From: an uncultured Gemmatimonadales bacterium
Lineage (GTDB): Bacteria; Gemmatimonadota; Gemmatimonadetes; Longimicrobiales; RSA9
Assembly (NCBI GenBank): GCA_963798845.1
Contig: CAWCUS010000002.1
Location: 160,001 to 224,000 of the forward strand
Reading direction: 5' to 3'
DNA length: 64,000 bases
Part shown: positions 58,699 to 64,000 of the stretch, in pieces
Layout of the letters: the number at the start of each line of letters is the position of its first letter
Numbering within the stretch: the stretch's first letter is position 1
Position numbers and translations under genes: made by a program
Notes under the pieces: model-generated
The model's input: only the letters and a program-made list of their open reading frames with translations
What the model was told of the DNA's origin: nothing
Database searches by the model: none

Positions 58699-60219
58699 AT
58701 GCCGCGGTCTGAAGAAAACAGGACGTCGACGGCCGGATGGTCGCGGCGGCTGGACGTGCGGCTGGCCGGGGGCGCCCTGCTGCTGGCGGCGGCGGCGGGC
58801 CTCGGATTCGGTGTGGGTCGCGATCGCTCCGGCTCGTCCGCCCGCTCCCCTTCGTCCGCCCACGCGCCCGGCGCCGGGGCGACCAACGTAAGCGTTGCGG
58901 GCGCGGCCGAAGGGGCTGCGGCCGAAGGGGCTGGAACGCCTCGCACGAGTTCGGCGGACGCGGCCGGTAGGTCGGGCACGGTTCGGGCGAGCGAGACCGA
59001 CGCGGGCGAGACGGCCGCCACGGCCGGGGTGACGGGGAAGGGCATCGTCCCCGCGCCGGCGCCCCCGCGTGCGCTGCCGACGGACCCGAGCCCGCTGGTG
59101 GCGAGTCCGGTGGCGGAGCGGGTGCCGAAGCCGGATGCGGTGAGGGGGATCTACGTGGGGTCGTGGAGCGCAGGGAGCGCTCGTCGCCTGAGAGAGTTGG
59201 TGGCGCTGGCGGACGACACGGAAATCAACGCGTTCGTGATCGACGTGAAGGACGCGACGGGGGAGGTGAGCTACGCGTCGCAGGTGCCGCTGGCGAGGGA
59301 GATCGGTGCGACGGCGCGGGTGCGGATCGGGGACATCCGGAGGGTTCTGGGGCTGCTGCGGTCGCACGGGATCTACCCGATCGCGCGGATCGTCGCGTTC
59401 AAGGACCCGCTGCTGGCGGCGGCGCGGCCGGAGTGGGCGATCGCGAATGAGGACGGGTCGGTGTGGCAGGACCAGCACGGCGTGCGCTGGGTGGACGCGT
59501 TCGACCGCCACGTGTGGGACTACGACATTGAGCTGGCGCGCGAGGCGGTGGCGCTCGGGTTCAGCGAGGTGCAGTGGGACTACGTGCGCTTCCCGGACGT
59601 CCCGAGCTCGTACATGGACACGGTCCCGGCGGTCTACCCCGCGCGGTCCGGGCGTGAGAAGGCGGAAGGGATCCGGGCGTTCCTGTCGTACTCCCGCGAC
59701 CGGCTGGCGGAGTACGACGTTCCGGTCACGGCCGACGTGTTCGGCATCACCACGTCCGCGCACCGGGACTACGGCATCGGGCAGCTGTGGGAGAAGATGT
59801 CGGACGTGACTGACGTGCTCCTGCCCATGGTCTACCCGTCGCACTACCCGCACGGGACTTGGGACTACGACAACCCGAACGCCGCGCCGTACCAGATCGT
59901 GCGCCACGCCGTCGGCGATGGCGTCGAGCGCTCGAAGGAAATCGAGGGCGCGGCAGCCATCCGGCCGTGGCTGCAGGCGTTCAGCATGGGCCAGCCGGAC
60001 TACGGACCCAGGCAGATCCGCGCCCAGATCGACGCGGTGTACGACGCCGGCGTGCGGGAGTGGATCCTGTGGCACGCAGCGGTCCGGTACCCGATCGAAG
60101 CCCTGGCCGACTCGGAGGGGAACGAGCCGTGGTTCGCGGGGCTGGGCGAGCAGCTGTATCCGCCGTCGGACACGGTGGCGCCGGTCCGGGACTCGGTGGT
60201 GAGGACGCCGGTGCGCTGA
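58699..60219 (+). CDS. Membrane-anchored putative glycoside hydrolase (DUF4015-like)
   Basis: N-terminal TM and linker; VRGIYV, INAFVIDVKD, IARIVAFKD, QWDYVRFP, PMVYPSHY, RPWLQAF. Confidence 0.82.
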   Translation: MPRSEENRTSTAGWSRRLDVRLAGGALLLAAAAGLGFGVGRDRSGSSARSPSSAHAPGAGATNVSVAGAAEGAAAEGAGTPRTSSADAAGRSGTVRASETDAGETAATAGVTGKGIVPAPAPPRALPTDPSPLVASPVAERVPKPDAVRGIYVGSWSAGSARRLRELVALADDTEINAFVIDVKDATGEVSYASQVPLAREIGATARVRIGDIRRVLGLLRSHGIYPIARIVAFKDPLLAAARPEWAIANEDGSVWQDQHGVRWVDAFDRHVWDYDIELAREAVALGFSEVQWDYVRFPDVPSSYMDTVPAVYPARSGREKAEGIRAFLSYSRDRLAEYDVPVTADVFGITTSAHRDYGIGQLWEKMSDVTDVLLPMVYPSHYPHGTWDYDNPNAAPYQIVRHAVGDGVERSKEIEGAAAIRPWLQAFSMGQPDYGPRQIRAQIDAVYDAGVREWILWHAAVRYPIEALADSEGNEPWFAGLGEQLYPPSDTVAPVRDSVVRTPVR

Positions 60220-60223
60220 CATT

Positions 60224-60452
60224 GGGGTTCGATGCCCCGTCGCGGCTTCGCCGCTCGGGGCACCCGCTTCGCGGGGTTCGAATGCCCGGTCGCGGCTTCG
60301 CCGCTCGGGGCACCCGCTTCGCGGGGTTCGATGCCCGGTCGCGGCTTCGCCGCTCGGGCACCCGCTTCGCGGGATTCGAATGCCCGGTCGCGGCTTCGCC
60401 GCTCGGGGCACCCGCTTCGCGGGATTCGAATGCCCGGTCGCGGCTTCGCCGC
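60224..60452. repeat. About 50-bp tandem repeat x4.6 with two CTTCG-loop hairpins per unit
   Basis: Unit GGG(G/A)TTCGA(A)TGCCCGGTCGCGGCTTCGCCGCTCGGGGCACCCGCTTCGC. Confidence 0.92.
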
Positions 60453-62303
60453 CTATGCCAGCCCGACCAGCCGCACCAGCTTCAACGCGTTCGTCGACGT
60501 GGCCACGCCTTCCCGCAGGACGTAGTCGAACGTCATGGGCGGCTCGTGCCCTTCGGGATGCACGGTCTCGCGGAAGTGTACGGCGACGACCGCGGAAGCC
60601 AGCGGCTCCGAGGCGGCGAGATCCAGGTCGTGCGTCGAGATCGCGCCGATGGCCCCGCTCTCGATCAGGTGGGCGATCACCCGCCGGACGGCGACCTGGC
60701 GCTCCGCGCTGTTCGTGCCGTGCAGGATCTCATCGAGCAGGTAGAGGACGGCGCGCTCGCGGGCCGTGTCGGCGGCGTCCACCACCCTCTTGAGCTGCCG
60801 GAGCTCCGCCATGAAGAGGGACACGCCCTCCTCGAGCGAGTCCTCCACGCGCATGCTCGTCCGGACGTCGAGCGGGGGGGTGCGCAGCGACCGCGCGCAA
60901 ACCGGCCCTCCGGCCAGCGCAAGAACGGCGTTGACGCCGACGGCCCGGAGCAGCGTGCTCTTCCCGGACATGTTCGAGCCGGTGACCATCAGAAAGGTCC
61001 CGGGCGGGCCCACGACCACATCGTTGGGAACGCGCTGGTCGGCGGGGAGCATCGGATGCGCCAGCGCCTCGGCTGTGAGCTCGGTGCCTTCGGCCGCCAG
61101 CTGGGGGAACGACCATCCCGGCTCTTCGGCCACCGGCGTCGCGAGCGCGGCGCACGCGTCCACTTCCGCGATCCGATCCGCCCAGTCCCGCACGTGCCGT
61201 CCGGCCCGCCGCTGCCAGTGCTCGAGCGCCGCGAGCACGTGGAAGTCCCAAAGCGTCGGGACGTGGATCAGGACGTAGAACATGCCGCCGTGGCGCAGGT
61301 CGGCGAGCTCGGTGAGCCAGCCGAGGCGGCTCAGCTCGCGCCGGGCGTCGCACTCCTCGGTGAGCGCGACGCGCGCTGCCCGGAGCGTCTCGCTGGTGAA
61401 CTCCTGCGCCTGGATGCGCTCGACGACGCCCGCATAGTTGCGGAGGCTGGCGTCGCCTAGAGACGCCCTGTCGAGAAGGTCGTGGACCCGCCGCCCGAGG
61501 AGGAGAGCCAGGATCACGCCCGCGATCAGCGTCAGGATCCACCACGGCGCCTGCATCACTCCCTGCCCCTGGAGCACGGCCAGGATGACGGTCGCCGCCG
61601 GTATCAGCCTCGCCGCCCACAGGACCATCGGGCGGCGGAGCAGCCACGGCTCGCCTTCGGCCCAGCCCAGAAAGCGTTCGATGGCTCGCCGGTTGGGGCT
61701 CCCCGCGAGGCGCCCGGCCACCTGCAGGTCCTGGCGGAAGTCCAGCCGCTCCACCAGCTCACGGACCGCTCCCTGGCGACGCCGGGCGTCGGCCGTGCTC
61801 GAGGGCTCCAGCAGCCACCCGTGGAGCCGGTCCCGCCCGATCCCCGTTCCGGCGGTGCCGAACAGTCGGGCCAGCGATGCGTGGCCGAACACGTCGAGGT
61901 CGTGGGCGTACGGGTGGCCGGGCTCCCCTGCCGAGTGGACGTCGGGCAGCTCCGACCATGCGCGGCGAAGGCGGGCGAGGGCCTCGCGATTCACGGCCGC
62001 CATCTCGGCGGCGCGCCGGGCGCGCTGCGTCAGCCTCGAGTGCACCACGACCAGGACCACGAACGCGATCACGGCCGCCGCGAAGAGACCGAACGCGACC
62101 GGCCCCACCACAGGCCGGAGCTCCGCCCAGACCAGGGCGGCGATCCCGACCAGGAAGACCAGGAGCCTCAGGTTCGAGACGTGCCCTGCCCGGCCGGCGA
62201 GCCTCCGGTGCCGCTCGGCGGCGAGGTCGCGCCGCTCGGTGTAGAGTCGGGTGGCGGGCGGGGTGTCGGGCCGCTCATCGTCTGGCGTCGGCTGCTGGGT
62301 CAC
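60453..62303 (-). CDS. Membrane-associated MutS-related ATPase (domain V, no mismatch-binding domain)
   Basis: TM segments, HPYAHDLDVFG, TGSNMSGKSTLLR, SLFMAEL, LDEILHGTNS, STHDL. Confidence 0.88.
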   Translation of the reverse strand: MTQQPTPDDERPDTPPATRLYTERRDLAAERHRRLAGRAGHVSNLRLLVFLVGIAALVWAELRPVVGPVAFGLFAAAVIAFVVLVVVHSRLTQRARRAAEMAAVNREALARLRRAWSELPDVHSAGEPGHPYAHDLDVFGHASLARLFGTAGTGIGRDRLHGWLLEPSSTADARRRQGAVRELVERLDFRQDLQVAGRLAGSPNRRAIERFLGWAEGEPWLLRRPMVLWAARLIPAATVILAVLQGQGVMQAPWWILTLIAGVILALLLGRRVHDLLDRASLGDASLRNYAGVVERIQAQEFTSETLRAARVALTEECDARRELSRLGWLTELADLRHGGMFYVLIHVPTLWDFHVLAALEHWQRRAGRHVRDWADRIAEVDACAALATPVAEEPGWSFPQLAAEGTELTAEALAHPMLPADQRVPNDVVVGPPGTFLMVTGSNMSGKSTLLRAVGVNAVLALAGGPVCARSLRTPPLDVRTSMRVEDSLEEGVSLFMAELRQLKRVVDAADTARERAVLYLLDEILHGTNSAERQVAVRRVIAHLIESGAIGAISTHDLDLAASEPLASAVVAVHFRETVHPEGHEPPMTFDYVLREGVATSTNALKLVRLVGLA

Positions 62304-62329
62304 GGGCCGTTCCGGGTGCCGGCCCCGGA

Positions 62330-63991
62330 TCAGCGGTCCATGCCGACGAGCCGGGGCTTGTGGAAGAGGAAACCCTGGGTCAGGTGCACGCCGATCTGCT
62401 TGATGGTCTCGAACTCGTCACGCCGCTCGACACCCTCGGCCACCACCATGGCGCCGTGATTCTCGGCGAACCCCACCAGCGTCTCCACCAGGTTCTGCTT
62501 GAGGAAGTTGGTGTCAATGTTCGAAATGAGCGAGATGTCGAGCTTGATGTAGTCCGGATCGAGGTTGGCGATGGACCCCAGCCCGGCGTATCCGCTCCCG
62601 GCATCGTCCACGGCAAACCGGAATCCGCGCTCGCGGAACACCTCCAGGTACTGCTTGAATCGGGGGTAGTCGCTGATCGCGGTGCGCTCGGTGATCTCGA
62701 GCACCAGCCGGTCCCGGTCCGGCATCCCCAGGGACTCGGGGGTGATGTCGCGGAACTCGGGGTCGTTGAAGTCGTGGGGGTCGACGTTGAGGAATAGCTG
62801 CTGCCCATCCTTCAGCTCCCCCGCGATCCCCTCGACCGCTCGGCGGCGCAGGAGCCGCGACAGCTCCCAGAGCAGGTTGGCCTGGCTCGCCACATCCAGC
62901 AGCACTTCAGGGGAGCGGAGGCCCGTGCGGCGGCCGCGTGCCAGCGCCTCGTATCCGTAGACCTCCTCCGTGGCCGTGACGATGATCGGGTGGTACTCCA
63001 TGAACACGGCGCCCTCGCGCAGGAGCGCCTTGAGGTCGCTGATCTTCCGGCTCCGCTCCCACTCCTTCGCGCCACGCGCCGCCTGCGATGCCTCCCGGAT
63101 CCCCCGGTAGATGAGCCGCTCGGTCCGGATCTTCGGGTTCCGGAAGACCGTGGTGGCGCCCACGTAGATGCCGCACAGCGACGCGATGTCCTCCGAGTGG
63201 TCTGCTTCGAGCCGGCGGCGAAGGTGGTCTTCCAGCTTCTGCGTCAGCTCCTTCAGCCGTCGCTCCGGCTCGTCGGCGTCCCGCATGCGCGGGTGCTCGG
63301 TGAAGAGGATGAAGTCGTCGTCGCCGATGTGGCTCACCATCATCAGGCTCTCGGAGTCCGGATGGTGCCGGCGGTAGAACTCGCGCACGCCGTCGGCGGT
63401 GGACTCCAGGACATCGTCCAGCTTCTGCCAGCCGTAGATCTCCTCGATCTTCTCGTACCAGACGAACTGGATGTACAGGATGGTGAGCTCGCCGAAGCTG
63501 TCCAGCAGGTCCCTCGCCTTCTCCATCATGACGGGCAGCGTGGGGAAGCCGGTCAGGCGGTCGTGCAGCAGCTCCTCGTAGCGCAGGAGCTCGGCCGCCT
63601 GCTCGCGGTCGTGCGAGAGGAGCTGCTGGATCGCCCGCTGCCGGGCCGTCCCCAGCCGCGCCGCAATCTCGTCCTCGTCCGCGGGGACCCGGAACCAGTC
63701 GTCCGCCTCCACCAGCGAAGCGGCCGTGCACTCCTCCTGCGACCGGCACGCGACCACGAGCGCCGCCCCGAGCGCGCGCGCCCGCTCGGCCAGCGGCTCG
63801 AGCCGGTGGTCCGGCGGCATCTCCGCCAGCAGCACGTCCGCGTTTCCGGCGCCGTTGCCACTCGGCCGGACGCCGAGGGTGCCATCGCCGGCGACGCTGC
63901 CATCGCCGGCGACGCTGCCCTCGTACAGGACGTTTGCCTTGAGCCGCTCTCCGACGCGCTCCACCATCCGGCGCAGATGGGGATCGCTCAC
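62330..63991 (-). CDS. EAL c-di-GMP phosphodiesterase with degenerate GGDEF and degenerate receiver-like N-terminus; start at window edge uncertain
   Basis: HDRLTGFP, IGDDDF, YEALAR, LFLNV, LEITER, DDAGSGYAGL, IKLD, AEGVE, QGFLF. Confidence 0.9.
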   Translation of the reverse strand: MSDPHLRRMVERVGERLKANVLYEGSVAGDGSVAGDGTLGVRPSGNGAGNADVLLAEMPPDHRLEPLAERARALGAALVVACRSQEECTAASLVEADDWFRVPADEDEIAARLGTARQRAIQQLLSHDREQAAELLRYEELLHDRLTGFPTLPVMMEKARDLLDSFGELTILYIQFVWYEKIEEIYGWQKLDDVLESTADGVREFYRRHHPDSESLMMVSHIGDDDFILFTEHPRMRDADEPERRLKELTQKLEDHLRRRLEADHSEDIASLCGIYVGATTVFRNPKIRTERLIYRGIREASQAARGAKEWERSRKISDLKALLREGAVFMEYHPIIVTATEEVYGYEALARGRRTGLRSPEVLLDVASQANLLWELSRLLRRRAVEGIAGELKDGQQLFLNVDPHDFNDPEFRDITPESLGMPDRDRLVLEITERTAISDYPRFKQYLEVFRERGFRFAVDDAGSGYAGLGSIANLDPDYIKLDISLISNIDTNFLKQNLVETLVGFAENHGAMVVAEGVERRDEFETIKQIGVHLTQGFLFHKPRLVGMDR

Positions 63992-64000
63992 ACGGGCGAG

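Noticed and set aside
60453..62303. Canonical mismatch-repair mutS
   Set aside because: It lacks the mismatch-recognition domain and has transmembrane segments.

Overview
Very GC-rich bacterial chromosome segment. The gene families suggest Gemmatimonadota, which is an inference only. It encodes an M16 peptidase pair, pntAB, a RAYT-type HUH (Y1) transposase and ctaB. An unusual tricarboxylate operon follows: HD protein, PrpD-family dehydratase, single-chain Lys4-like homoaconitase, Lys12-like dehydrogenase, CitD-CitE fusion and CitF. Further on are an hpnP-hpnL hopanoid pair, prmA, SCO/PCuAC, a deaminase/phosphorylase/isomerase/aldolase salvage cluster, tricorn protease, 20 CCA-less tRNA genes (19 in one cluster), leuS, blaI/blaR-TonB, an orphan FokI/NlaIII-type adenine methyltransferase, waaA, moaD/moeZ and an EAL protein. 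Many intergenic tandem arrays are present; there is no CRISPR array. Six genes and one tRNA carry single-base insertions. Five of these seven sit at GATG->GAATG, probably a methylation-linked sequencing artefact. The best candidate new system is the putative homocitrate-lyase / reversed alpha-aminoadipate-like operon. All homology calls come from motifs recognised by eye and recalled family knowledge, not from searches.
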